A stretch of 64,000 nucleotides of DNA from Felis catus (lineage: Eukaryota), in contig NC_058368.1 in assembly GCF_018350175.1 (NCBI RefSeq), forward strand, positions 23,562,001-23,626,000, written 5' to 3'. How positions within the stretch are numbered: the first letter of the stretch is position 1; the number at the start of each line of letters is the position of its first letter. The position numbers were made by a program, and so were the translations under genes. This document shows, piece after piece, positions 39,801 through 51,724 of this stretch. The notes beneath the pieces were generated by a model, which worked only from the letters and a program-made list of their open reading frames with translations, did no database searches and was not told the origin of the DNA.

Positions 39801-40622
39801 ATTCTATTTCATTGATTCTGAGGCAAACGTTATTTTACATTTTATTTTCTTAGACATCATGCTGCATCTTCAAATTGATGGAATCTTATGACAGTTTTCA
39901 TTGTCTGGTCATAAACATCAACAGTGCCAGGTTGAAAACTTGCAGAATGGGTGCCAAGTTTAGGGAAGAAAATCCCAGACGGGATAGTGGGATTTTTAAC
40001 TCCCATGAAGCAAATAGTTGTGGAGGTGGTGAGAAAGGAGGCATATCAGACAGATTTAGCATCATTCCCAACACTTTTAAGTTAACTTTTAAATTAAAAG
40101 TAAGCTAGCTCTGCAGAACTAGAAACCATGTGTCTTTTGTTCTCTGTGAATTTTCTTACAAAATGCAGCACTGTTCATGCTATCAATAGACTGAGGATCA
40201 CTGTATGATATGATGTAGAAAACCACGGACATTCATGACTCTAACATGTTTCAGAAGAGTCAGATTCTACATGTCAACAAGTTTTAGAAATACCTTAACC
40301 AATTTCTTTATACAACATAGACATAGAAGTGATCCATGACAAAAATCCATGGCTAATAAAATTTAAAGTAGCTCTTTCATTAATTCTAACATAAAATGTT
40401 TCAGAGATAAAAAGCATCATGTCATAGTCTACAATCACTAGTATCTTTATTCAATAAAATAGAGATAAAGGTTTGTCTGGATTTAGAGGCCAAGGTCAGA
40501 ATGTCAGGCTACAAGGTATTCACTAATGTTATGTTAAAAATTTCTTTTCTTGAGGACAAGCATGGCAAGACCACTAATCTCTTTTTGGTGAAGACATCCT
40601 GAGACTAAGAAGTACTAATTAT

Positions 40623-40786
40623 ACTTATTACTATTTTATTTTCTAAGACAGGATGAGAGAGAATCTTAAGCAGGCTCCATGCCCAGTGTGGAGTCCAACA
40701 TAGGGCTCCATCCCATGAACTGTGAGATCATGACCTGTGTTGAAATCAGGAATCAGATGCTTAACCAAATGAGCCACCCAGGCACA
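40623..40786 (-). mobile_element. Can-SINE
   Basis: ...ttaaccaaatgagccacccaggcac; TSD tactaattat at 40613 and 40789. Confidence 0.92.
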
Positions 40787-40799
40787 GATACTAATTATT

Positions 40800-40945
40800 A
40801 TAACGCCATGTTAAACTTATACTGCACCTTAAAGTTTGCACAGCTCTTTCACTAATTTTGCTTCTTAACTTCTTAAAACAATGTGATGAGGTAGAAATTG
40901 TTATCCCCTCATTTCCTGTAAAAACAGAGTGTCACATGAATTATC
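40800..40945 (-). mobile_element. MIR fragment
   Basis: tcttaaaacaatgtgatgaggtagaaattgttatcccctcattt. Confidence 0.55.
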
Positions 40946-40960
40946 ACCACATACATTTGC

Positions 40961-41920
40961 TGACTTATGGTGGATTCCCTGGGAAAGAACTCTGAGTGGA
41001 AATGTTTCTGTAAGAAGTTTGTTGAAGAGTGCTCCCAGGAAGGTCCACTAGGGATGGGTGGGAACAGAATTGGGCACAGTGGCAGCTGAGCTGCAATAGA
41101 GACCTTAGGTGACCCCATGGAGAGCTTTGGAATCGGGATGGCCATTCAGACTTCACATAAGGCAAGGGGACAAGGCCTATGTCCCCTACATCAACCAGCC
41201 ATTGGATGTGGACTGCTCTGAAAGAGGGGATGTAATCTTGGGTAAGGCCACTTGCTACCTTGAATTGATAACAATTACTGAACTCAGCTGTGAGCCATCA
41301 GCTGTCAATACTTTTAATAGCTGGCAACATGAACACTGGTTCTGAAGATAGAGTCTGGGTGGCATACTACAGCATCCGCTAAAGCCTCCTTCTTACGTTT
41401 CTCATATCCACTTGTTTTGTATATAAGGTCACCCCATCTGAGAACTGTTCCTCTATGATTCTGGCACATCAGTTTCTCTGAGAAAACTTAGAAGGAGTGG
41501 GTACTCAGAAAAACTTAATCTCCTGCTGCTACAGCTAGATTCAGGCTGTACTGATACTCTCCACCTCCACCTCTCTTATTCCCCTTTCCTTTGTTTGGCT
41601 ACGACCTCACCTCTTCTAGGTGACATACCCAGTAGGGTGACACAGACCTTTATCCCTGAGAGGTATGAGCCTCTGACCATATCTGTCTCATGACATGGTT
41701 GCTGTAACAGTCTATTTACTGTTAATGCTGGGCAAGGAGGATTTGGACATACATCGGTGGATTACCTGGGTGTCAGATATCTGTCCCTACTGTGTGGCAG
41801 CAGTTCTATCTCCTAATGACAATCACAGTCTATCACCCCTATCTATCACTCACTCTTTCCTTGCTTGCTGGTCTCTTGACTCGAGGACCACAAAGTGGAT
41901 GGCATATATCTCTGTGAATC
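40961..41920 (-). mobile_element. ERVL LTR (LTR16-like, ~40961-41381) plus adjacent internal sequence (ERV3-16A3-like)
   Basis: LTR terminus tgacttatgtggattccctgg; flanking 41380-41920 resembles degenerate ERVL internal sequence; truncated by L1. Confidence 0.6.
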
Positions 41921-43481
41921 ACAATGGGATGCGGGGGTGGGTGGGGGGTGTAGTACTGAGGGATAGGGAATAGATTCCTCTGTCCTTGGGCACAGAAAAA
42001 CAGCCATGGTTTAAAAGAGCAATTAACTTATAAAAGAGCCAGCACCATAACTCTGCCAAATGTTGGAGGAACTGTAGGAACACTCTCTGGGTCAGAAGGA
42101 CTGGAGAAAAACAGGGTTTACATTCCCCCTCCACCTTAAAAGCACATGGGGGGATCCAGATGCCATAAAGAGCTTGCTGCCTAAGTGAGCTCTGTCTGGG
42201 TCTATAAACCCACACCAGCCCTGGTTACTCTGTGGCACAGAAAAAAAACCACTTTTTTTTTTTTTGCTTTCTTTTTTTTTCTTTAAAAGGTCTTGGTTTA
42301 CAAGAACAACTAACATATAAAAGAACCCAACTGCCGAAGAGGCGGAGGAGCTCCTGGAAAGCTTTCTGGGTAGAAGGGGCTGACCGACATGGTCTGTGCT
42401 CCCCACCTTCCCTCACATTGGAAGTAGAGACTACTGTACAGGCTGGGTATCTGAACTGGACGGCTGCCTCAGTGAGCCCTAGACCCCTAACCCATAACAG
42501 TCTCAATCATCTTATCCAGGTGTCCACAGGGTGGTACACACCAGGACACCCTTAATTAGTGTTCACTACAGCCCCAACCTTTGTGCCAAGGTGACACAGG
42601 TGCAAAGCATAGTGGAAAGCTCCAGGCCCACATCACTTTGACTTCCGATGGCTTGCTAAGGCACCTGTTATGCACAGCACTCTGGAACCTCCCACCTGAC
42701 ATGTTTTGGGTCCAGTATTCCTGCTTTGACATGCCCTGTGTGGCCACCACAGCAGGCACTCCCTGCACTGAGCACCTCAGGATACCATGGCTTGTGCCCA
42801 GTACAGCTTGACCTGTCCCTCCATGTCACCCTCAGAGGAAAGATGCCAAGAACAACCTGGCTAGCAACTATTTGAGCTCTCTTGCCAGGGCACATTTTGT
42901 GTTGAGAGCTCACAATTCATACCAGACTGTACCCATGTTTTAGTTGCGCAGAGTGCCCCAGGACCTTCCGACTTGTGCCCATGTTGGCTCCAGTCACCCT
43001 TTAAGGGCACCCTCTGTGTGGAGAGCCATCTATACTCCTAGTTTATACCCACTTCAGCTATACCCACCCTCTGCAGACCACTGGGTCCCCCCAGGTAGCA
43101 CCCACTTTAGGTTCAACTATACTGCCAGGGAACCCTCAACACAGAATGTTCAGGAACCTCCCCGCCCACACACTGCCTCAGCATCAGCTACCCTGTCAAG
43201 GCACCTCCTCCACAGAACATCCTAGGACACCCCAGTTTGCACTTATTTCAGCTTCACCTGTCCTGCTAAGATGCCCTCAATACATAGAACCCTGGGATAC
43301 CATAGCCTGCATTGAATTCAGCTTTAGCTGTCCTGACATGGTGCCCATTACCTGTAAGTCCCCAAGACCTGCAGCCCACACCAGCCACAACTCCAGCCAG
43401 CAAGGAAAAGTCACTAAACACACACAGTCTACATGGGGAATGGCCAAACACAAGACCATTCCTTTAAACTTAGGAGAATTA

Positions 43482-43686
43482 GGGGGGGGGGAAGGAAAAA
43501 AAAAAGAGGTTAGAGTGGGAGAGAGCCAAAGTATAAGAGACTCTTAAAAACTGAGAACAAACTGAGGGTTGATGGGGGGTGGGAGGGAGGGGAGGTAGGT
43601 GATGGGCATTGAAGAGGGCATCTTTTGGGATGAGCACTGGGTGTTGTATGGAAGCCAATTTGACAATAAATTTCATATTAAAAAAA
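43482..43686 (+). mobile_element. Young felid L1 3' fragment (~200 bp)
   Basis: Same 3'UTR type as 22611-22840 (tttgacaataaatttcatatt); TSD taaacttaggagaatta / taaatttaggagaatta at 43465-43481 and 43687-43703. Confidence 0.93.
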
Positions 43687-44095
43687 TAAATTTAGGAGAA
43701 TTATTTTGTTGCCTAATCCGTAGAAAAAAACACAAAGAGACAAAATGCAACAGAGATATATATTCCAAAACCAGGAATAAGAAAAAAACTTCCAAAAAAT
43801 GACTAAATGAAATGGTGCTAAGCAATATGCTTTATAAAAATTTAAAATAATGATCATAAAGACAATGGGCTGAAAAGAAGAGTAGAACAACTCAGTGAGA
43901 CCTTCAATAAAGAGGATGAAATACTAAAAAGATCAAATCAGAGTTGAAGAATACAATACTGAAATGAAAAACCTATTAGAGGAAACCAATAGTAGATTAG
44001 AGGATGCAGAATGTATCAGCAATCTGGAAGACAACGTAAAGGAAAGCACACAAGCTGAGGAGAAAAAAGAAAAGAATTTTTAAAAATGAAGATAG

Positions 44096-44227
44096 GGGCA
44101 CCTGGGTGGCTCAGTCAGGTGAGCATCTGACTCCAGCTCAGGTCATGATCTCATGGTTTGTGAGTTCAAGCCCCAAGTCAGGCTTTGTGCTGACAGCTCA
44201 GAGCCTGGAGATGCTTCAGATTCTGTG

Positions 44228-44265
<38 letters not shown>

Positions 44266-44314
44266 CCTCCCCTGCTCACACACACACCCTCTCTCTCACT
44301 CAAAATAAACATAA
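44096..44314 (+). mobile_element. Can-SINE nested in L1 ORF1
   Basis: TSD aaaaatgaagatag at 44082-44095 and 44315-44328. Confidence 0.96.
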
Positions 44315-45860
44315 AAAAATGAAGATAGATCTCTTGAACAACATCAAACATTGACATTGTATGGGTCTCAGAGGAAGAGTGAAAGGGGTAATAAAATTAT
44401 TTGAAGAAATAATAGCTGAAAACTTCCCTAGAGAAGGAAATAGATGTCCAGTTCCAAAAAGCACAAAGAGTTCCAAACAATATGAACCTGAGGAGGTCCA
44501 CACCATGACACATCCTGTCAAAGGTTAAAGAGAGAATATTACGAGCAGCAATAGAGAAGCAAAAAGTTACCTACAAGATAAAACCTAGAAGGTAATTAGC
44601 TGAATTTTTAGCAGAGCTTTGAAAGCTGGAATGCAGTGGCATGATATACTCAAAGTGCTGAAAGAAAAAACCCACAATCAAGAATACCAAGCAAGGTTAT
44701 CAATCAGATTTGAAGGAGAGAGAGTTGCTCAGATAAACAAAAGTTAAAGGAGACAATCACCACTAAACCAGTCTTAAAAGAAATGTTAAATTCACTTCTA
44801 TAAGTGGAAAAGAAATGACCATAAATAAATGTAAGAAAATGATGAATAAAAATATAAAGTATGACAGCATATACATAAAATGTGGAGGAGATAGTCAAAA
44901 AAAGGAAGTTTTTTTTAATGTATTTTAACTTAAATGATCAGTGACCATCAACTTAATAAAGACTGCTGTTTACTTAGGATGTTATCTATAAATCTCATGG
45001 TATCCCAAAATGCAAAATGTATAATTGATACAAAAAATAAAGAGAACAAAAGCCAAACATAACACTACAGAAATTCATCCAAATCAAAGAAGAGTAAAGG
45101 AACAGAGAGGAACTACAAAAACCACAAGAAAAAAATGCAAATAAGTACATATCTATCAATGATTGCTTTAAATGTAAGTGGTCTAAATGCTCCAATCAAC
45201 AAACATGAGTTGGTGGAATGAATAAAAATATAAGGCCCATTTATATCCTGCCTACAGGAGACTCACTTCAGACCTAAAGACACATACAGACTAAAAGTGA
45301 AAGTATGGAAAATATTTACCATGAAAATGGAAGCAAAAAAAAAATTTGGGGCAGCAATACTTATATCAGATAAAAAATACACTTTAAAACAAAGATTGTA
45401 ACAAGGGGCAAAAAAGGGTATTTCATAATGATAAAGGAAATCAATTCAACAGGAGAATATAACAATTTTAAATGTCTACACACCCAACACTGGCACCTTT
45501 TAAATACATAAACCAAATATTAATGGAGATGAAGAGAGAAACTGTTGACAGTACAGTAAGAGCGGGGGACAATAACACCCTGCTGACATCAATGGATAGA
45601 TAATTTCTATCATTCAGGTAGAAAGTCAACAAGGAAACAGTGTCTTTGAATGACACATAAGACTAATTGGACATACCATATATATTCAGAACATTCCATC
45701 CAAACACAACAGAACCCCGTTCTTTTCAAGTGCATATGGGACATTCTCCAGAGCAGATCACATGTTAAGCCACAAAACAAGCCTCTAGAAATTTAAGATT
45801 GAAATAATACATCTTTTCTGACCATAATGATACGAAATTAGAAATCAATCACAAGAAAAA

Positions 45861-46270
45861 CTAGATGGCACTAGAGTGCATTATGCTAAGTGAAATAAGT
45901 CAGAAAAAAAGACAAATATCATATGATTTCACTAACATAGGGGAAGAAAAGGAAAAATAAGATAAAAACAGAGGGAAGCAAATAAGAAGAGACTCTTGAA
46001 TATAGAGAACAAACAAGGTTGCTGGAGGGGAACTAGTGGGGGGGATGGGCTAAATGGGTGATGGGCATTAAAGAGGGCACTTGTTGATCACTGGGTGTTA
46101 TATGTAAGTGATAGTGACTCATCACTAAATTCTACTCATGAAACCAATACTACACTATATGTTAACTAACTTGAATTTAACCTTAAGTTAAATATGTCAA
46201 TTAATTTAACTAGCTTGAATACTATATGTTAACTTGAATTAAATTATTTAGCTGGTAAAAGGAAAAAAAA
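45861..46270 (+). mobile_element. 5'-truncated L1 3' fragment nested in L1 ORF2
   Basis: attatgctaagtgaaataagtcag...G-rich tract...tacactatatgttaactaacttgaattt; host ORF2 resumes ~46272. Confidence 0.88.
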
Positions 46271-46331
46271 AGGAAAAAATGCAAACACATGAAGGGTAAA
46301 CATGATATTAAACTACAAGTGGACCAATGCA

Positions 46332-46550
46332 GGGGCACCTAGGTGGCTCAGTTAGTTAAGCGTCCGACTTCAGCTCAGGTCATGATCAGGTCCATGAGTT
46401 CAAGCCCTGCATTGGGCTCTGTGCTGCCAGCTCAGAGCCTGGAACCTATTTCAGATTCTGTGTCTCCCTCTCTCTCTCTGCCCCTCCCCCGCTCATGCTC
46501 TGTCTCTCTGTCTCTGAGAAATGAGTAAACCTTAAAAAAATAAACTGTAA
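46332..46550 (+). mobile_element. Can-SINE
   Basis: ggggcacctaggtggctcag head, CT-rich body, A tail; degenerate TSD. Confidence 0.95.
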
Positions 46551-47607
46551 AAAAACAACAAATGGAGCAATGAAGCAATCAAGAAGAAATAAAAACAAAC
46601 AAACAAAACCCCAAAACCAAAAAAACCAAATGGAAACAAATGGAAATGAAAACACAGTGGTCCAAAATCTTTGGGACTCAGTAAAAACAATTCTAAGAGA
46701 GAAACATACGGTTATACAGGCCTACCTTAAGAAACAAGGAAAAGCCTAAATAAACCATCTAGGTTTATACCTAAAGGAACTAAAAAAAGATGAAAACCCA
46801 AGGCAAGTAGAAGGAAGAAAATAATAAAGATCAGAGAAGAAATAAATGAATTGGAGACTAAAAAAGCAATAGATCAATGAAACCAAGAGCTGGTTCTTTG
46901 AAAAGATAAATAAAATAGATAAACCCTTAGCAAGACTCACCAAGAAAAGAAGAGAAAGGACCCAAATAAATAAAATTAGTAATGAGAGAGAAGTAACAAC
47001 TGACACCACAAAAATACAAAAGATCATAGGAGAATACTAGGAAAAATGACACGCCAACAAATTAGCTAACCTAGAAGAAATGGACACATTCCTAGAACCA
47101 TACCATCTTCTAAAATGAATGAGGAAGAAATAGAAACTTGAATAGATTGATTACTAGTAATGGTATTGAATCAGTTATCCAAAAAATACCCCCCAAAAAG
47201 TTCAGGATCAGATGGATTCACAAGTTAATTGTAGCAAACTTTTAAAGAAGAGTTAATATTTATTCTTCTCAAAGTATTCCAAAAAAGTAAGAGTAAGGAA
47301 ATCCCCAAAATACATTTTACAAGACCATCATTACTCTGATACCAAAGACACTGCACCCCTATGCTTACTGCAGTATTATTTACAATGGCCAAGATATGGA
47401 AGCAATCTCAGTGTCCACTGATAGACTAGATAAGGAAAATGTGGTATACATATACAATGGAATATTACACAGCCATAGAAAAAGATGAGATTGTGCCATT
47501 AGGAACAACTGTATGGACATAGAGGGTATTCTAATTGAAATAAGTCAGACTGAGAAAGAAATACTCTATGACTCCAGTCATATTTAGATCTAAAAAAAGC
47601 AGAATCA

Positions 47608-47821
47608 GGGGCACCTGGGTAGCTCAGTCGGTTAAGCGTCCGACTTTGGCTCAGGTCATGATCTCACAGTCCGTGAGTTCAAGCCCTGAGTTGGGCTCTG
47701 TGCTGACAGCTCAGTGTCTGGAGCCTGTTTCGGATTCTGTGTCTCCCTCTCTCTCTGCCCCTCCCCCGTTTATGCTCTGTCTCTCTCTGTCTCAAAAATA
47801 AATAAACGTTAAAAAAAATTT
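47608..47821 (+). mobile_element. Can-SINE in L1 3'UTR
   Basis: TSD aaaaagcagaatcag on both sides. Confidence 0.96.
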
Positions 47822-48231
47822 TAAAAAGCAGAATCAGACCTACAATACAGAGAACATACTGATGGTTTCTATAGGGAAGTGAGTGAGAGGATGGGCAAAA
47901 TGGGTGAAGGGGAGTGGGAGACATAGGCTTCCAGTTATGAAGTGAATAATTCATGGGAATAAAAGGCAGGACATTATGAATTTAGTCACTGATCCTGTAA
48001 CAGCATTGCATGGTGATAGAGAGTAGCTATACTTGGGGTGAGCAAAGCATAATGTATGAACTCATAGAATCAGTATGTTGCACACCTGAAACTAACGTAA
48101 CAATGTGTCACCTATACTCAAAGGAAAAAAAAAGAGGAAGTAAGGATATTTAGAGATATTTGAATACTGAAAACAATTTAAATATATACTTTCTGGTGTT
48201 ATTTGTACAGGTCTGAATTATTGTTCTAACT

Positions 48232-48462
48232 CAAGGGTCCATAAACAGTAGCCCACAGGCCCAAAGAGTCTGTTATCTGTTTTTGTAAATAAAGTTTTAC
48301 CGGAACACAGCCGTGCCATTTGTTTACAAATGTCTATGGATGCTACTGTGACAAAATAACTGAGTTGTGTGGTTGAAATAGAGACAGTGTGTCCGTAAAA
48401 CCTAAAATATTTACTCTTTTAGGTTTAGGTAGCTCTTTTCAGGAGCAGTTTGCCAATCCCTA
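48232..48462. mobile_element. hAT-Charlie MITE (MER58A-like)
   Basis: tttttgtaaataaagttttac-ggaacacagcc and cctaaaatatttact motifs; degenerate TIRs caagggt...tcccta; 8-bp TSD ttctaact / gtctaact. Confidence 0.85.
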
Positions 48463-50409
48463 GTCTAACTAACTGAATTGTGGTTAACAATTCATTTGGT
48501 CATAAAAATAACAAGTTTGGTATATTTAGAAAATAAGTTGTAAATAAAATAAAGTTTATTTGAGGGTAACATACAAAATTTTTTCATGAAAAAAATAAAC
48601 TTTTTCTCCTAAATATTTGGTGACATATATTTAATTCTATCTTTCTTTTGGACTTCTGGGATTTTTCTCACTTTTTAATTTCTGTCTAATGGATTGTTTG
48701 GCTTAGTTGTTTATCCTGCAGCATGATCTCATGTCACACTTCCCTATCCTGAGCTTACTAAATTTTGAGTCTTTTGAGTTCTTGTAGCCTTTAAATGTTT
48801 TTTTTTTCTGCTTTGTTATTCTTTTCTTTTTAAACATCGTCAGGAGCTTAAGTCCACATTCTGTGCCAACAGCACTCAAGTTGTAGGGGCCTAGCGTACT
48901 CAGTTGTCTCATCCACTGGGAACATTCCACAATGGTATAGATATAAAAATTGTGTCTGGCTTTATTCCAGGAGACTTTTTCTCCTACGGGTACCAGTGAG
49001 GTCATCGAAGGAAGCATGTCTGGTACTTTCTGTAGTTGCTCGATGAGGGGCTTCCAGAAACAGATTCGGCACTGGAGCTATAGCTCTCAGCAATGTGTGT
49101 GCTTTGACTTAAGTCAAGCAAAGATACATTAGTTTAACTGTCACTTGAAGGTTTTGCTGTATTTTCAGAAGTCCCTACTGAGCAGATTAACATCAGAAAA
49201 GGCCCATTTTTCAACTAAGAACTGAACAAAACAATCCCCCTTACATCATTCCTCATAATGAATCTGCCTACAGCTAGTCTTCCTATGAGAGATGACTGTA
49301 GATGATTTTTCTGACCATGAGGGAAGATGGATTGGGAAGGGGCTACCATATGTACTTATATAAGGGTCTGTTTGAAGAAGAAATATCTTTCCCTGCCCCT
49401 GCACTCAGTTTATAAGTTTGTGTGGGGTTCTTCTGCATGGCTGTTCATCAATGCCCTTTGGGGTGTAGAGTTTGTACTTTGGGGTGGAGGAGAAGGGTTT
49501 GGATGCTAAAATGAGAACAAGGAAAGAAGAAGGCAAATGTTCTCCAAGTCCTGCAGTGGAGTCCTGAGCAACTCTCGGCTACCAACGTTCCAAATTTCTG
49601 TGTTCTGAGAAACTTCTGGTACTTGCAGCAAGTATATAGCTCCAGGGGTCCTGTAGCCTGGAGACACTGCAACAGCATTAGCACAGTGTGCCTGAGTTGG
49701 GGTAGAGCTGAGCAGTGCCCCCTCTATTGCCAAACCCTCTATCTGAATGAAACCACTCTGGAAAGCAAGCCTCACTTTAGGGTAACTTGTCAATGGTGCC
49801 TGTTCAATTTTAACTTATATATCCTCTTCCATTAAATGCTTGACAGCGAAGAACTTTAAAGAATTCATGTATTAAAAAAAAATTCTACCGAGGACAAGAA
49901 ATTATAACTGGCTAATAGATACTAGGCATCTGCTTACTATGCAGAGGCTTCCTACACATATCCTGAAGAATTTGTAGATTATGCAATTATTTTTCCTTTA
50001 CACTTTGCTGAAGTTTGGCCAATGGCCAGAGCATCACAAAGATTCTGGGAGCTGTAAGCAGAAGAGCACAGAACGTTTCTGCAGAGATGGGAGCGTGCTC
50101 GGCGATTGCTAAATCCCTTGTTTGGCTTGACTTTCAGGGAACAAGTCCAGAGGTCAGAAGACAGATTAAGTCCTCTATCTTCATCTTTTACCAGAACATT
50201 GAAAGGCCCAAATCAATTGAACAGGTTGGATGAGAAAGCAAGGGGATAATCTACTGTAAAAGGAAATCTTTTTGGATACCTAAGCAGGTACAGAAAAAAG
50301 AGTCTCTGGCTTGCCTGGAAGAGCAAGCGTGGTTTCTGAGAAGGCAGTAGAGTACATAAGGTAGGTAGTGAGTCTCTCAGTTCCTCCATGAGGTGGCCGG
50401 GCATAATTG

Positions 50410-50750
50410 AGAGAACAAATACTTCCTGAACTCCTACTCTCTGTGCCAGGCTGTAGAGAGACAATGTGAAAGATACCATGTCTTTGGCCTCAAGAATTTA
50501 TTATCTTGGGGCGCCTGGGTGGCGCAGTCGGTTAAGCGTCCGACTTCAGCCAGGTCACGATCTAGCGGTCCGTGAGTTCGAGCCCCGCGTCGGGCTCTGG
50601 GCTGATGGCTCAGAGCCTGGAGCCTGCTTCCGATTCTGTGTCTCCCTCTCTCTCTGACCCTCCCCCGTTCATGCTCTTTCTCTGTCTCAAAAATAAATAA
50701 ACTTAAAAAAAAATAAAAAAAAGAATTTATTATCTAGAGAAGAAACTCTC
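50410..50750 (-). mobile_element. L2 3' fragment (host of SINE)
   Basis: aacaaatacttcctgaactcctactctctgtgccaggc...tggcctcaagaatttattatctag. Confidence 0.6.
50508..50720 (+). mobile_element. Young Can-SINE (SINEC_Fc-like), CpG-rich
   Basis: ggggcgcctgggtggcgcagtcggttaagcg; B-box-like gagttcgagcc; perfect TSD aagaatttattatct at 50492-50506 and 50721-50735. Confidence 0.98.
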
Positions 50751-51526
50751 AAACAGAATCATTTACATTGTGGCTCTTTGTTGGATTAAATGAATGAAAA
50801 TTGGTCCTATAATATTTAGGACTAATGTGCTGAATTATATGTACAGTTTATAGGCATTCTTCCTAGGCCAGATCTAATGGGTAGGTTATTTTGTAATTCT
50901 GGGGCAGAATATAGTGGAAGTGGTAGTGTGCCCTGTTCCCGGGAGATGCAGCCCTGGGGTGTGGTGAACAGTTGGTGGACGTGGTTCAGCCATAGCCTGC
51001 ATAGTGCTAATCTCCAGAGTCTGCCATTCCTCTTCGAGGTTGCTCTGTTTCTCACCAAGTATGCATGTGCACTTGGGATGCTGGTCATAAATTTAGAACA
51101 CCTCTCCTGGGATGTTAATTATGAATCACAGATGAGAGAAAGATCACTTATTCAGGAAATGTTCCAATTCCAAAACTAAAGACAGAAGAGGTATCTAGAT
51201 GTAAAGCTCTGACAAATCTTCAAGCACAAATATTTGCTAGGATATTAAAAATACTAACATTAAAATTAGCTCTCATAAAATTCAGGTAAAAATGCTTCTT
51301 GATGTCAAATATTAACTAAACTTGACATCTGATTCCATTAGAGTTGATATTTGATAACCATTTTCAAAATACAAGTGTATTTTTCTTCCAAAAGGAAGGG
51401 TGACATAAATAATATTTGCAATTGATATCTGTTCTTGTCAGGATTAAGGGCAAATTTTGTGCTCTGTTTCCTGGACAAACTGGGGAAGGACAGTGAAAAT
51501 ACGACTTTAACGCATGGTTATGAAAA

Positions 51527-51586
51527 TATAATAGTCCCTGAAATCATAAAATACAGTATAATAGTCGCTGGCAATCATAAAATACA
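51527..51586. repeat. Imperfect ~30-bp tandem duplication
   Basis: tataatagtccctgaaatcataaaataca followed by tataatagtcgctggcaatcataaaataca. Confidence 0.9.
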
Positions 51587-51632
51587 TTTTCCTTTAATTC
51601 AATCTATTTAAAGCTGAAGTCAAAAATCCTTG

Positions 51633-51724
51633 ATGATCAAATAATAAAGATACATACCACCTGGCACAGTATATAATGACAATGGGTTCTAGAAGGTCAA
51701 GTGTAGTTTGCTCTATAATATCCA
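51633..51724 (+). repeat. Donor copy of 92-bp dispersed direct duplication
   Basis: 89/92 identical to 54236-54327 by manual alignment. Confidence 0.95.

Larger units (their letters stand above)
41960..48132 (+). mobile_element. LINE-1 with long 5'UTR, internal deletion in ORF2, multiple nested inserts
   Basis: 5'UTR motifs shared with 31600-32100 (minus); ORF1 from ~43745; ORF2 from ~45135 to ~47350, then jumps to the ORF2 3' end/3'UTR; A tail 48120-48133. Confidence 0.9.

Noticed and set aside
42092..43547. Dense cluster of ORFs in GC-richer DNA
   Set aside because: Lies in an L1 5'UTR; higher GC lowers stop frequency; no recognisable protein.
49712..49732. CTCF-like gcagtgccccctctattgcc
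   Set aside because: Only half of the core matches; spacing is off relative to CCASYAGRKGGCRS.
50508..50590. tRNA-like A/B boxes
   Set aside because: They are the tRNA-derived head of a Can-SINE, not a tRNA gene.
51630..51724. C/D snoRNA possibility for the duplicated 92-mer (tgatga near start)
   Set aside because: No terminal CTGA D box or terminal stem; the copy lacks poly(A) and TSD.
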